Source of the DNA: Selaginella moellendorffii
Taxonomy: Eukaryota > Plantae > Lycopodiophyta
DNA: 64,000 nucleotides
Direction of reading: 5' to 3'
Assembly (NCBI RefSeq): GCF_000143415.4
Contig: NW_003314408.1
Location: 1-64,000 of the forward strand
Part shown: positions 26,500 to 39,289 of the stretch, piece after piece
How positions within the stretch are numbered: position 1 is the stretch's first letter
Layout of the letters: each line of letters begins with the position of its first letter
Translations under genes and position numbers: made by a program
The notes under the pieces: generated by a model
Database searches by the model: none
Told to the model about the DNA's origin: nothing
Seen by the model: the letters and a program-made list of their open reading frames with translations, nothing else

Positions 26500-27612
26500 A
26501 TAATTTGTTGTGCATTGTATGTAGCAACACTTGGTTTACTAATAGTAGCGTTATTTTTAATTATTAATCCAATTGATCAAATGGAAGTTTATAATTATAA
26601 ATATTAACTAATAGATGAGAATATACTAGGTAGTGTTTAGAAAATTTTATAAATTATAAACATGTTTATAAATCATAAATAAAAGATTAATCTAAATAAA
26701 TAACAACCATTAGATGGAAGAATATCCTAAAATATCCAAAAATATTTTAAGTATATTCACTACCATCCTATTCCCCTCAGGTTTGATTAAGCAAACCAAA
26801 AACTTATTTATAATATAAAAGTTATGAATGATTACAGACTACTTTATATATTGCCAATAGTAACTTTTCTTTAAGTTACTCTTCAAGAAGCAATAAAATA
26901 TGACATATTTTAATTCATGGTTGTGATTATTCTAAAAAATGGACTAGATTTAATAATTAAATCTACAATGCCTTGAAAGAACTTAAACTTTTTAATGAAA
27001 TGACAGAAAATTTTGGAAGGTAAAGAAAATTATATATTATAAACTAAAATTTATATTATTTATTTGGAACAAGAATATTACTATTTACCAAATGCATATA
27101 TGATACATAGATTTAATTATTTTATAGTAAATATTAATATTAGTATTTTATTTTGTTTCAGTGTTAAATTATAGTCACCATTGAGCTAATGATATTAAAG
27201 TATATTCTTTTAGAGTAATGAATATTTCTAGAATATCCAAGTATATTCTAGGATAGTTTTCAATCAAATGGTTGTGCTTTCTCATATTAATTTTTGATTT
27301 GCTTAAGCCAATCTGTAGGGGGGTGGGGTGGTAGTGGATATACCTAGAATATGTTTGAATATTCTAGGATATTTTACCATCTAACGGTTGTTATTCATTT
27401 AGATTAATCTTGTATTTATAATTTATAAACTTTCCTAAACACTTCTTAGTATATTCTAGTTTATTCTAAAATCTAATAGTAAGATTAATCTTGTGTTTAT
27501 AAATTATAAACAATTTTAAAATTTCATTTGATCAATGAGATTAATAAATAGGAATAACACTACTATTAAGCAAACTAAACGTTGGTGCATGGAATGCATA
27601 GCAAATTATTTT
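26500..27612. mobile_element. Foldback/MITE-like element, copy 2
   Basis: Ends aataatttgttgtgcattgtatg / catggaatgcatagcaaattatt with long imperfect inverted arms; a related fragment lies at ~31340-31470. Confidence 0.55.
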
Positions 27613-28352
27613 TATAAGTTTTATAATTATTTTGTAATAAGAGTTAACTAGAACTAATATAAACCCTTTTTTACAGTTATTGTTTAAAGAGAAAAAAAAA
27701 ACTCCATTATTTTACTTGCAGAACTTCATCATTTTCATCAAACATCTATGCTTATTATACCAATAATAAGCAAATTTATCCCAAAAGGATCATTTCTATA
27801 GCACCACTTACTCAAAATATCTCTGACTTGATATTTTCATACTTAGAGAAGCTTTGGGAATAATAATACACTGTCTCCCAAAGAGCTTACTTAAAGTCTG
27901 AAGAGCACAATAAGTACTTCCTTTTCATTCTCTTACATGACATGATAAAATAACACAATCTACACATAGAAACACTTTTTTTTGCAACCTGTTGTTTAAT
28001 ATTTTTCTTTGCAACTAATTTTAATCATTATTCACATATCGCTATTCCCTTCTGTTGGTGTCATGGTATCTTGGAGAGGGATAAACTTTTATCAATTAGT
28101 ACGAATTCTATATTGGATTGAGTTTCTCCTACACAGTGAGATTTAAGCTGAAAAAGTCCAATGTCAACTTAGTTTTAAAAGTCAACTTATATCCAAGCAA
28201 AAAACACGAAGCTGCTTAATGCTGCAACTTATTATTATCAATAGTTTATGATATCCCGTTTCTAATTTTGCGATTATGAGGAAAGTCAACCAAGCTCTAT
28301 GTAATGTGCTTGAAAAGATTGAACTTGTCAGTCAGGATCGTGGGTACACACA

Positions 28353-30743
28353 ATGAATCCCCCCTTTCCAGACGCCCAGCTCGGGATCACCCGAATTGTG
28401 ATCCTCTTAATCCTGATCCAGGCTTTCCTAGCCGGTGGGAAGCTCCTCATGCACGCACAGGACGACGATTTTCCTCTCACCGATGCCGCCAGCAACAAGC
28501 TCCACGCCAGGTTCTTATCTCTCATTACTGCCATCCCTCCCAAGCTCACTTACGATGGAGCCACGGATCCATACTTCCGGGGCCAGGCCATTGTTGACAC
28601 CTTGTTCCTCCTGGAATCCAATTTCTCGCTGGTTCTCAACCTCTACTTTTATAACGTCGAGTACTGCGGCCCAAACTTTAGCCCCGACTTTGGTGGCACT
28701 GGCAGCAAGCTTCGTGCTGGATTCACGGCTCTCCTGCCGGATCTCCGAGGTCTCATGAACTTGAGCTATGGAGCGGCCTATGTCGCCCAAGGACAGTTCC
28801 AAGCCGGATACTACATCAAGGGCATGAACTTGAGAGGATCTAATGGATCGTGCTCGTCTCTCCGGGTGGAAAATTCCACGGATCATATTGGCTACTGCTA
28901 CGACTACGAAGACACGCGACTGAGTTACAGTGTTTTCGACAGGCTCTACCCGGGTTGCCGGATTCAATCTGCTACAAAGGCCGAGTACGTGCTGGAGATG
29001 CGAGAGGACTGCAACGCTGTGTTTAGCGACACCACTACCAACGAGGTTTTGTGGCAGTCGAAAACGAAGGGAAGCGGAAGGGACTGCGAGCTTGTTCTTG
29101 AAAAGACGGCGACGCTAGCTGTGTATGATCGAAACGGAACTGTCTTGGCGAGGTTTGGGACGAACAACTCCACGAATGCGTCCTTGTTTGCGGTCCAGGG
29201 AGATAGAAACATGGTGATCTATGCCATCAGCAACATGAAGACTCCAAAGGCGGTGTGGAGCTCACACACTTTCAAAGGCGAGCTTTTGGAAGTTACGATG
29301 TGAATCTCTTACATGCTTCTTCTTTCTCACTAGATCCATCTTCTCCGAATGGATCGACGCCGCAGCCAAATGGTACCAGCTCTGTTTCGCAGCCTTCGTT
29401 TAGCTCCAAGTCGAGGCGAGGGATTCGAACGATTGCAGTCTCCGTAGGAGCATCTCTCGTTGGAGTGGCACTGGTGATTTTGTGTGTTGTGCTGATTTTG
29501 CGAAAGAAAAGAAATCGTAAAGCTAGCCGGGAAGCGTTGAGCTGGCTACCACCCGGTTCCAAGGCCAGGAAATACTCGTACGAAGAGCTCCAAGAGGCTA
29601 CCAAAGGATTTCACAAGGACAACATGGTAGGCAGAGGCGGATTTGCGAGTGTGTACAAGGTAAGTCTCTGTTTCTTTCTTTCGAGAAGTTCCTCGACTTT
29701 TGATCACACACAGGGAGTTATAGACAATCACTTTGTTGCTGTCAAATACTTGACTAGCTCCGACTTGTCAGACAAGGCAAGGCGGGATTTCGAGAACGAG
29801 GTGTCTACGATTTGCCTCCTCCAGCACAAGAATGTTGTCAAGCTTTTTGGTTTCTGCTCTGAGAAAGAGCACAAGCTCATCGTCTGCGAGTTCATCGAGA
29901 ATGGAAACCTATCGGACGCTTTGTTTAGTAAGTTTCGCTAGATCCATGAAAGAGTTATCATGCTTTCTGTCTCGGCAGGGTCTCCAGACAAAGGTTTGGA
30001 GCTAAATTGGACAGCCAGATACAACATCTGTGTGGGAGTTGCGCAAGGTCTGGCATACTTGCACGGAGAAACATCACAGGCAACCATCGTGCACAGAGAC
30101 ATCAAGGCCCTCAACATCCTTCTAGCAAGCAATCTCGAGGCAAAGATCTCGGACTTCGGCCTGGCAAGACTGATCCAGGAAGATCGGAGCTATATCAGCA
30201 CACGAGCCGCAGGAACAGTGTAAGTTTTTTTATGTCCAAAAACTTCAACTTCCATGGAGATCGTTTCCAGTGGCTATCTAGCTCCAGAGTACGCTCTCTC
30301 CGGCCAGCTCACCGAGAAGGCCGATGTCTACTCGTTTGGGATCCTTGTCCTGGAGATCTTGAGTGGAAGGATAAACATGGATTTCACACTCTTGGATGGC
30401 GATTACTTCCTTCTCGAACGGGTGAGTGGTTTTAAACTCTATATCTTCGTCTAAGATCCTTCTTCCAAACCAGGCGTGGAATGTCTTTCAGAGCGGCCAC
30501 CTCCGGGAGATGATTGACAAGCGACTGGATGTGGGCGAAGAGCGAGATATTCATGAGATGGAGCGCGTGTTCTTGGTGGCTCTCCACTGCACGCAAGCCG
30601 GCGGCAGCAAGCGCCCGTCGATGTTTAGAGTGGTGGGAATGCTCATGGGAGACATGGAAATCGGTGGCACCATCTGCAGGCCTGGCTTCCTCGTTGATCT
30701 GAGGCAAAACCTCGAGCAGTCCAAATCTTTGACCAAAACTTGA
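28353..30743 (+). CDS. B-lectin receptor-like Ser/Thr kinase with an unrecognised N-terminal domain, copy 2, apparently intact
   Basis: Signal peptide [28 protein letters not shown]; lectin repeats ([17 protein letters not shown]); TM; full RD kinase. Introns 29278-29333 (GC-AG), 29660-29713, 29928-29978, 30220-30270, 30422-30473. Confidence 0.88.
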
Positions 30744-32319
30744 CACGTTTGCGTTATTTAACTGAAGTGGTACTTTTGACTGTGTCCAAATGCTCAAAGA
30801 AGTCTACTGTGAGAGTGTCGCATGATCGCTGGGAAATCAATGCAGTGTCATTGATGGTAATCACATGCTAAGAAGGCCTAACAGACATTTGGCTCCATAG
30901 AAACAACACTAATTCAGACTCAAAGGAGATAAAATATTTAAAAGTAAATAGGACTATTCTACCTCTTTTTTACATTAAGTTTTATGTGAGTATGATATGG
31001 GTTGCCTTTATTGAATGAGAACATCAAGCCTATTTCATTTGTGGGCTAGTGACATGTAAAACATTTGATTTCATTGCCTACTCAAAAACCATAAAAATCA
31101 ACTAACCAAACCTAAAGTTTGTATTTTGGTTTTCTACATATGATACCCAGCATTTCTAATGCAAAATCCTTGCAAGCCAGATTTCACCATTTGTTTAGAT
31201 AAATATTTACCGTGGTATAAACAGACTATTGAACACATAAATAGCAAAATTAAATGTTTAAGAACTTCGAATTATCATTTTTTACTTGTACCAACACTAC
31301 TTATAGAGAGAATAGTTAGTTTTTTTAGTAAGTTTTTTTAGCAAGTTGTTATTCATTTAGATTAATCTTGTTTATAATTATTGATCAATTGGCTTATTCA
31401 AAAATACTAAATAAAAACAACACTACTATTAAACAAATCAAGTATTGTTACATGCAACACACAGCAAATTATTATCTAAGCACATTTTATTTTGAATGTG
31501 GTTTTTGACATTAGTTACCATATTTACAAATTGGTTCAAAGTTCCATTGTAGCAAGGGTGGGCGTGGCAACAAGGAAAAGATCTCCATCCCTAAGCAACC
31601 AAGAGATGGGGTGTGCTTAAGCTGGTAGCAAGGCTAAAGCAGATGGAGTGTTATTTCGTCAGCACTAGCAACCTCTACCAGGAGCTGGAGATCCTTGTGG
31701 ACCTGGAGCAGGCAGAGGATGAAAAAGTGCCAGGGATCATCAAGCAATCTCACGAAGACTTAGATTTTTTTTTTGTTCACATCACCAATTCCTTTTTGCC
31801 ATGTGGGCCTCCATGCTGTAAATCAGAACAAGTTTTAACAGGAGGTGCACAGCAATGGTGTCTCAGTCCCCAAGAAAAGAAAGCCACATCTTACCTGCAG
31901 CCGAATATATGTAGAGAATTATATTGGGATTTAACCAACACACAAATATACATGCAATAAAATTTTGTGTCAGTGTCTACAACAGTAATATACATACAAA
32001 TTTGTACATAAAGTTTTGTCATATTTAAAGTATGTGAATTTTGTCTGCATATGGACACCGGCATAAAACTTTATTCCACATGACATTTTGATTTGAATCC
32101 ACCTTCTTGATCTTGCTTGTCTTGTTTCTTTTGTCTAGAAATTTTTTTCATGATAACTCTTATCTTAACAGGTTTTACAGAAGTTTCTATCTACGCTCAA
32201 TTCCACATGAGCTATGACCATCCCGTTAGAGATCCTGAACAGGGAAAACCACTAGTGAGATTTTCATAAAATCCCACTTATAATCATGATCAAGGAAGCC
32301 GACAGAAAGCGCCAGTGAA

Positions 32320-32735
32320 ATATCTATCGTCCTGGAATGAGATGATCGCAGCATATGCTCAAAGTCTTTCCTCTCAGCGGATGCCAAAACCATCAACAGA
32401 GATGGCCAAGAGCATCACGAAACTGTAAGAGCTTGTTTGATTCGATGAGTGAAGATGCCACAGCACAGAATCGGGACTTGGAACGCGCTTTTCAACGAGA
32501 TCCGACACAGCCAGAGCCCGGCAAGTGTTTGCTTCCATGCCCGACTGGGAGAGGAGCCTCTGGACGTGGCTCCTCCGACAGCTCGCCAAGAGGAAGCCAG
32601 TGCTTGATCGGGGCGTGGAACACAATTACCTCCCCGTACGAATACCCCAGCAAGCCAAGGAGCTCTTTGATGCCGCTGATGAGCGAGATGGCGTCTCCTG
32701 GACTGCCGTAATCGCAGCGCTCTCGCCTCCAGGAG
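32320..32735 (+). pseudogene. PLS-class pentatricopeptide repeat (PPR) gene remnant
   Basis: Fragments SSWNEMIAAYAQ, CKSLFDSM, GAWNTI and QAKELFDAADERDGVSWTAVIAA in different frames. Confidence 0.7.
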
Positions 32736-33074
32736 GTGATGGTACGAATTCAAGATGAAAGTACAAAAAAACCCAGCTTCTCCGTTGTCCACCTTCCTAG
32801 TCCTCGCAGTGCTGGCGGGGTTGGGCTTCGAGCGGAGCAACGTCCGTCAGACTCTGCTTCGTGGCATCAGAGAGCTCTTTCTGCAAGAAGACATTGTACA
32901 TATGGTATTAATCGGTAGCCACGAACTTCTGTGGAACTTCAACCTTCCCTCGGTCATGGGAGCTACATTCTGGGAAGGAGGAAATAGAAACTATTATAAG
33001 TTCATATGGGATACACCATCATCAAACAACCTATATGTTGTTTGGAAGTCACACACCGAGATACACAGACTCAG

Positions 33075-33526
33075 TCACGCACACCATCCACCAACTCCGA
33101 AGATGACTGCCACGCACGTTAGCCCCTCACAGCACTGTGTTCCCTTTGGAAGATAGTCCGGTGCACAACTCTTGCCTTTGCCGGCACATGAGTTCCCATT
33201 GGCATTCGAGAGGAGAGCTAGATCATTAAAGATGCGAACCACGTCTTGGTAAAGCTCATGATCTTCATCTGCAAAATCTTATAATGAGCAAAAGAGCCAA
33301 TAAAATCTCACACTCACCAATGTTACTGTCTTTAGCAAGATCAACTACCTCTTTGTTTTCCAGGGTGATGTCGTAAACCTCAGGACTTTCTCCTGCATCA
33401 TTTGGAATATAAATGACCAAGAAACTTGAGCCACATCTCACACTCACCGATATTAACAGGACGAGCAGATGCTATAAACATTATCATAGTGAAGATAGTA
33501 AAGACGAGAGGCATTGCCATTGACAT
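33075..33526 (-). CDS. Secreted cystine-knot (knottin/ICK) peptide precursor, 115 aa, 3 exons
   Basis: Exons 33526-33448, 33392-33318, 33268-33075 with phase-1 GT-AG introns of 55 and 49 nt splice into one open frame: signal peptide, acidic propeptide, then SCAGKGKSCAPDYLPKGTQCCEGLTCVAVIFGVGGWCA*. Confidence 0.85.
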
Positions 33527-33863
33527 GATACTAACTGATTGAATGAGCTCTAGGAACCTCAGTTTATCGAGTCGATATCGAGTCTGAGACAAAGTTTAAG
33601 GTCGGGTTTGAGATTGAGTCCAAGACCAAGTTGTGAGACACAAAATCCCTAGGCCCCAAAGTGGAGCCGGAGGGGCGCCACGTGGTAGTGGCCGAAGTGA
33701 AAGCCAAACGAGCGTAACACGTTTGGACTAAAAGCTCCGCCTTGAAAGGTCAAGAGCGGGAGTGGAACCCCTAACGAAGTGCTCGAGGAATGAGCACGAA
33801 ACGAGCAATAAGCGAGGCTCCAAAAACGGACCCGAAAGGACCAACACATGACACGTGGAAGTG

Positions 33864-34370
33864 TCCGAGATGGAGTCCAAGGCGGACCCGAGATGGAGTC
33901 CGAGATGGACCCGAAATGGAGTCTGATATGGAGTCCGATATGGAGTCCGAAGTGGAGTCCGAGATGGAGTCCGAGATGGACCCGAGATGGACCCGAGATG
34001 GAGTCCGAGATGGAGTCCGAGAAGGACCCGAGATGGAGTCTGAGGTGGAGTCCGAGATGGACCCGAGATGGAGTCCGAGATGGAGTCCGAGAAGGACCCG
34101 AGATGGAGTCCGAGGTGGAGTCCGAGATGGACCCGAGATGGAGTCCGAGATGGAGTCCGAGAAGGACCCGAGATGGAGTCCGAGGTGGAGTCCGAGATGG
34201 AGTCCGAGATGGACCCGAGATGGAGTCCGAAGTCGAGACTGGGACCAAGACCGAGACCGGGACCGAGACCGAGATCGGAACCAAGACCGAGACCGAGGCC
34301 GAGGCCGAGTCCGAGTCCAAGTCCGAATCCGAGTCCGAGTCCGAGTCCGAGTCCGAGTCCGAGTCCGGAG
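33864..34370. repeat. 12-bp (GAGATGGAGTCC/GAGATGGACCC) and 6-bp (GAGTCC/GAGACC) tandem arrays inside the LTR; also at 39755-40325 and 51495-51895
   Basis: Direct inspection; copy number differs between LTRs. Confidence 0.95.
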
Positions 34371-37300
34371 CCTGAGAGGGTGAAAGCCCAAAGCGTTCGT
34401 CTCCCAGACCCTGGGGGGTTTGGTGAGCTCCAAAAGTATAGTAGGGGGAGGACTGCAGTGGAGCCAGTTTGGCTAGGAAAGGCCAGTTTGGCCCAGGAAG
34501 GCTGGACCCAGTGTTGGGTGATGAGCTGCCCACTGGGAAGTCCAAAACTAGAGTGAACACGGACCGACAAGCGGGGTAGCTTGGTGAAGTGTTCAAGAGC
34601 CGGCTCTAGTTCCCCCGGGAGATCGACTGGCCGATGCTCCCAGTCCAAGTGTGGGTGGCACTACCTACTTGGATACCAGGCGTGGCTCAACGGAACCTCG
34701 CTCTAAGCCCATGGCTAGAGCACCTAAAGGCGAAAGGTGGGGAGAGTACCCAGGTGGCTCGCGTAAGGCCACGGTGTTCCGAAATGGTGTCCCAAAGTCC
34801 CAGACTGTGGAAAGGAAGAGGGGTAGCCCTCTGGTGGGGTGACCAAGGATACAGTCACACAGTGAGGAAGTCCTCGAGGATAGTGGGACTTAGTGGTCAG
34901 GCCGGTGGGCCTTGATCCAGTGGCAGTGTTGGCGAACACAGCCAAGGACAGAAAAGGGACTTGGTGGGGACCGGAACAGAGATATTGGGGAAGGCTATTC
35001 CCCATGTCTGTAGGCATCCTAAGGATGTTAAGGAGTGGATCTGGGATGATCCCTCATGGACGGATGACCCAATCTTTGAGAGACGGGATTGGAATGCAGA
35101 TGGTGTTGGACCACCAGTGTGACCAAGGTAATTGGGCATGGCCTTAGCGTAACGGGCCGATACGTTGGTGGTATCTTGGGGTGTCGATCATGGGATCGGA
35201 CACATGGAGCACTTGGACCAAGTGCTAAGGTTGAGTGGCATGGATGCCATTCTTGGGGCTAGCAAGTCCCAAGTCCTGAGTTGGACTTATGGAGGTTGTG
35301 AATGAGACTCCTCCAAGTGGTCGGAGGTGTGGTTAAGTGACTAAAGTAGAATGGAAAAATTAGTCGCTTACAACTTGGTATCGGAGTTGTTCCTTAGTCC
35401 GACTTTTATTGGTGCTCAAGTATATCACCACTAGTGTTGGCATCGAAAGGTCCGAGGAGGGGGCCTATCCTTGAGGAGTAGCAAGTCGGGAAGGCATGGC
35501 TCTCCATTACAGTTCACGTGTGAACTTGTAGGCGAGGTGGTGGATAGAAAAGGGCCAATAATGGAACGACTTTGGGATCTTGGGAACAGTGCAAGGTTTT
35601 CCTCATTGAGTTGAGGATGTGATCCGGATGAGCATTTGTCTCAGCAAATTGGCTAAGGTAGTTGTGGTAGACAACTATAGTTGGGATCACGGGAAAGATA
35701 AAGACTCCAAAACAATAAAGGAGTCACAAGATTATCCTCACATAGTTGAGGCTGGTGCTCATGAAGGTGAGACCGGAATGGATGACCATGAGAGGTCAAG
35801 CAGGGGTGAAGACATGAGTCCTTGAAGTGGTAGCCAGGGCTACCTCTAATAAATGCTAGAACAACCCAAGGAGTTGGGGGTGTACTTAGAGGATGAGTTG
35901 GTATTCTCATCACATGGACAAGTGGTCCTAAGGGGCAAAAGGTTGCCCCAAGAGAACAAATCAAGTGGCAGAGTAACACTTGCAAAGATGGTCCTTGTGA
36001 GTAGGACCTGAATACAAGAAGTTGTATTCCAGCGAGTTGACACCTCGAAAACTAAGACCTCGCAGGTCATTGGATTAGTAAAGTCTAAAATGCTGGATGA
36101 CTCAAGTGGAGTCAGGGAATGGTCCTAAGGGATTGGTTGAAGCATTTGGACGGAGGTGTATGGTGCCCCATGAGGTATGGGGAGGATCATAAGATCCAAG
36201 TATGAGAACAGTGAGTATCTCATTGATGGCAGAATGTGCCATATTAAAGTCATGGGAAAGATGTTCCCAGAAGAAAGCAACTTTGGCCTAGAGTTGGGTG
36301 CAAACACTATGGTGCGGTGCTAACGGATAGTTAGCATGAGGAACAATTATATTGGTTTTGGCAAAGACCTAAACACTAATAAGTAGTGTTATAAGGATAG
36401 GCTCGTGGAGCCGATGGTGTGGAGACACCGAAGGTGCCAAGGCGTGCTGCCTTGAGGTCAAGTTGGCGGGTTCATGAGAACCCCGTCCAAAGGAATCCCA
36501 ATGGAAATGGGAATGGCATAGCCTAAGCTGGAAGGCATGCGGTTAGAGTGTGGTGACCCGGATAATGATGGAGGTGTGGAAGCACCAAGCAATGAGTTGT
36601 AGGACTTGACAATTATGGAGCAACTAAGCAAGAGGTGCAAGATAATTGGTTAAATGGGTAGAAGGTAACTACCCAAGACTTCTTAATGGCATAAGGAAGT
36701 TAGATATACCCTTACGGGGGATAAATTGCTTATGTTGCAATATAGTAAGTCAATGTCGTTAACGGGAATGCTCATTGTCAGGAGGCCATCATTGGGACAC
36801 CTAAACACTCTAGAACACCAGGAGGTGGTGTTTCATGTCACAAGGGCAATAGATAAGGCCCAAGGGACTAAGTCCCTAGCGAATGATGGATAGTAGGTGC
36901 TATCCAAATATCCAAGGTTGTGGAGATAGGAGAAGACTGTCTACCCGAATTGGACAAAGCCAAAAATGGAATGTTGGCAAGGCTAGTGATGGGCATGTAA
37001 AGGCCCATAAGCAGCAACGTTAATCCCGATATGTGGGATTATAAGGTGAGTATGCCCAAGATTGAAGAACCACTTCCTATGCTATCGGGTAGGTTCATCC
37101 CTAAGAATACTTGCTAAGGCATAGTAAAATGTGCAAAGCTATCCTCCTAGTCTGGAGGAGAATAACCAAAGGAAACATATAGGGCCAAAGGCAAGTAGTA
37201 TTGGGATGGAACCGAACCATAGGAATCGAAGGGCAAAACCAAGGTTGGTTATGCCAGCTGAGAGTGGAGAATCAAGTGGGGGCTCGAGGGTGTTGCCGTT

Positions 37301-37852
37301 AGCAACCGTGATGCCATGGAGAGTCTAAAATATGGAATTGTCCATGTTAGACTATATGGTAATTGGAAAGCTTGCAAAAAGGGAGGCCTTAGCAAGCTAA
37401 GGGACAGAGTTCCTTCAAGGTTCCCAAAGAGGATTCTAGGTAGCTTAGTACCTAGAAAGGCCAAGCGTAAATGGTTCAAGGAACGCGTGAAATCAGAGTG
37501 GCGCAGTAGAAGCGTGGTCTTGAAGCTTGCCATGAGGCAAGGCTATCAAGGTTAGGGAAGTAGTTCCCGAGTGTTCAAAGAGAGGGCTTTGAACGAAAGT
37601 CGATGATCAAGGACTTTCACGCTTATGCAGGAACCATGTTACAGTGGTCGGAGGACTTGCCAAGTGAGGTTGGCAAGTCGGGGGAACAAATACCCTAGTT
37701 GAAGGTGATAACTTCAAAAAGGGTGGGCCGTAGGGCCAAGTATGGAGGAGTCCATGCATGATCACAGACTTGTAAAGTGAGAGGACTTGGCAGTGTGGAG
37801 GAACTAGGTTCCTAAGCTGTGATCTATAGCGCGCTTTAAATATAAGTTGGTG

Positions 37853-38045
37853 CACCGGCGTGGGGAGTCACGCCAGGCATCCGGTGTGATGCCATCCGTA
37901 GATGCATATACGGAGGTTGGGTTCGAGTCCCGACCCTCTAGTGCTTGGGTTCGAGTCCCAAATCACTAGGGCGTGGTGATGGTTTGGAATATGAGGACAC
38001 TCATATTTCAGTGGTCATGGACTCTCAGTGGGGAGACTGGTTTGG
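37853..38045 (+). ncRNA. Putative structured RNA element: consecutive hairpins, two with GTTCGAGT T-loop-like loops; second copy at ~49683-49870
   Basis: Stems ggcgtg/cacgcc, ggcatc/gatgcc, tccgta/tacgga, ggttggg/cccgacc, ctagtg.ttggg/cccaa.cactag, aatatgag/ctcatatt. Confidence 0.45.
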
Positions 38046-39289
38046 GCACACCGCCAAGCGAAGGATGCCTCGGAGTCGTGATGCACGGTTAGATTGCTTA
38101 GTGTGAAAGCTCGGCATATCTAACTTGAACACTTTGGTGCAAGTGGCACCAAGGTCGTGGTGAGTGAGATGGGGACACCTAATCTCAGTTGCTATGAACC
38201 CTTGGCCGTAAGGGCTAGCTTGGGTGCACTGCCAAGTGTGGGGGATGCCCCCGGGGTTATAGTCAACAACTTGGAGTTCTAGAAGACCAAGTACCTCTTG
38301 GCAACTCTGTTAAGGTGCCAAGGTGAGATCACTAGGTGATCTTATAGCCAGATAAGGACAAGGTCCTTGGTTGGCTAAGGAATGAAGTTCCTGGTTCAAA
38401 ATGTTGAAATTGAACTATTTAAGGTGGTGTGGCTTGGTCATGATGACCAAGTGGGAAAAGCACCTTAGGGAAATGAGCTATGTCATTGCGATGGCATAGT
38501 GTGTCCAAGGAAAGTAGTCTCTAAAGAGACCTATGGGAGGGTCACAAAGTTGGGCCGTGGATAGAGCCCACAGCAGAAGATGCTAAAGAGACTTACTAGG
38601 GGTGAACACCCTAGTTTTGGCAAAGCAGAGCCTTTGCTATGGAATCAAAAGAATACCTCAAAGAGGGAGGTAGAGATTCGGTGTTGCTTGGTGCAACAAT
38701 CAACGGATAAGAGCAAAAGATGAGTGGCCAAAATAGGGCCGTGGAATCCCTTGGAAGGAATCCAAGTGGCAAAGTTAGGCGAGGAACACTAAGGTGTTGG
38801 ACGCTAACAAATTGCGGGAAAGGAAGTGTGTTTCCAAGGTTGGATTCCGAATTGCTTCGATTTGGCAAAAGGGGAAGCTCCAAGAGAGGGAGCGGTAAGA
38901 TAGCCAAATGATAGGGCCAGGAACAGCCCTAGCACAAAGTATGATAATTGGAACTTAGTGCCCCAGGGTGGCACGAAATAGAAGAGAGGATGATGGCGCC
39001 CTCGAGTAGAGAACTTCCTAGGAGGGGAAGTGGAGTTGCACAAAAGGTGCAAGGCAAGGTGTCGAAGACACCTAGGAAATTGACTCCAAGAAGTCAAAAT
39101 TCAAAGTTCCAAAGTGCAAAGGTTATATCGATGGAAATTGAGACTACTCGAGAAGGAGTAGTGGGATTGACTTAGAGAAGGGTCTTTAAGAGGTTTAGCG
39201 AGAACTAAACCAAGGAAAGGAGAGAACCATTACATGTGGTCCAATCAGTCTCTAAGTTGGAGAGACTACCCTCCTTAGAGGATGGGCAA

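Larger units (their letters stand above)
23849..30840 (+). repeat. Segmental duplication, copy 2
   Basis: Direct repeat of 6795-13477, joined abruptly to gypsy integrase sequence at 23848/23849. Confidence 0.95.

Noticed and set aside
33649-34648. Long ORFs in all six frames (also 39539-40602 and 51361-52008)
   Set aside because: Stop-free translations of 12-bp and 6-bp tandem arrays in LTRs.
37900-37975. Possible tRNA gene
   Set aside because: T-arm-like hairpins only; no acceptor, D or anticodon arm arrangement.
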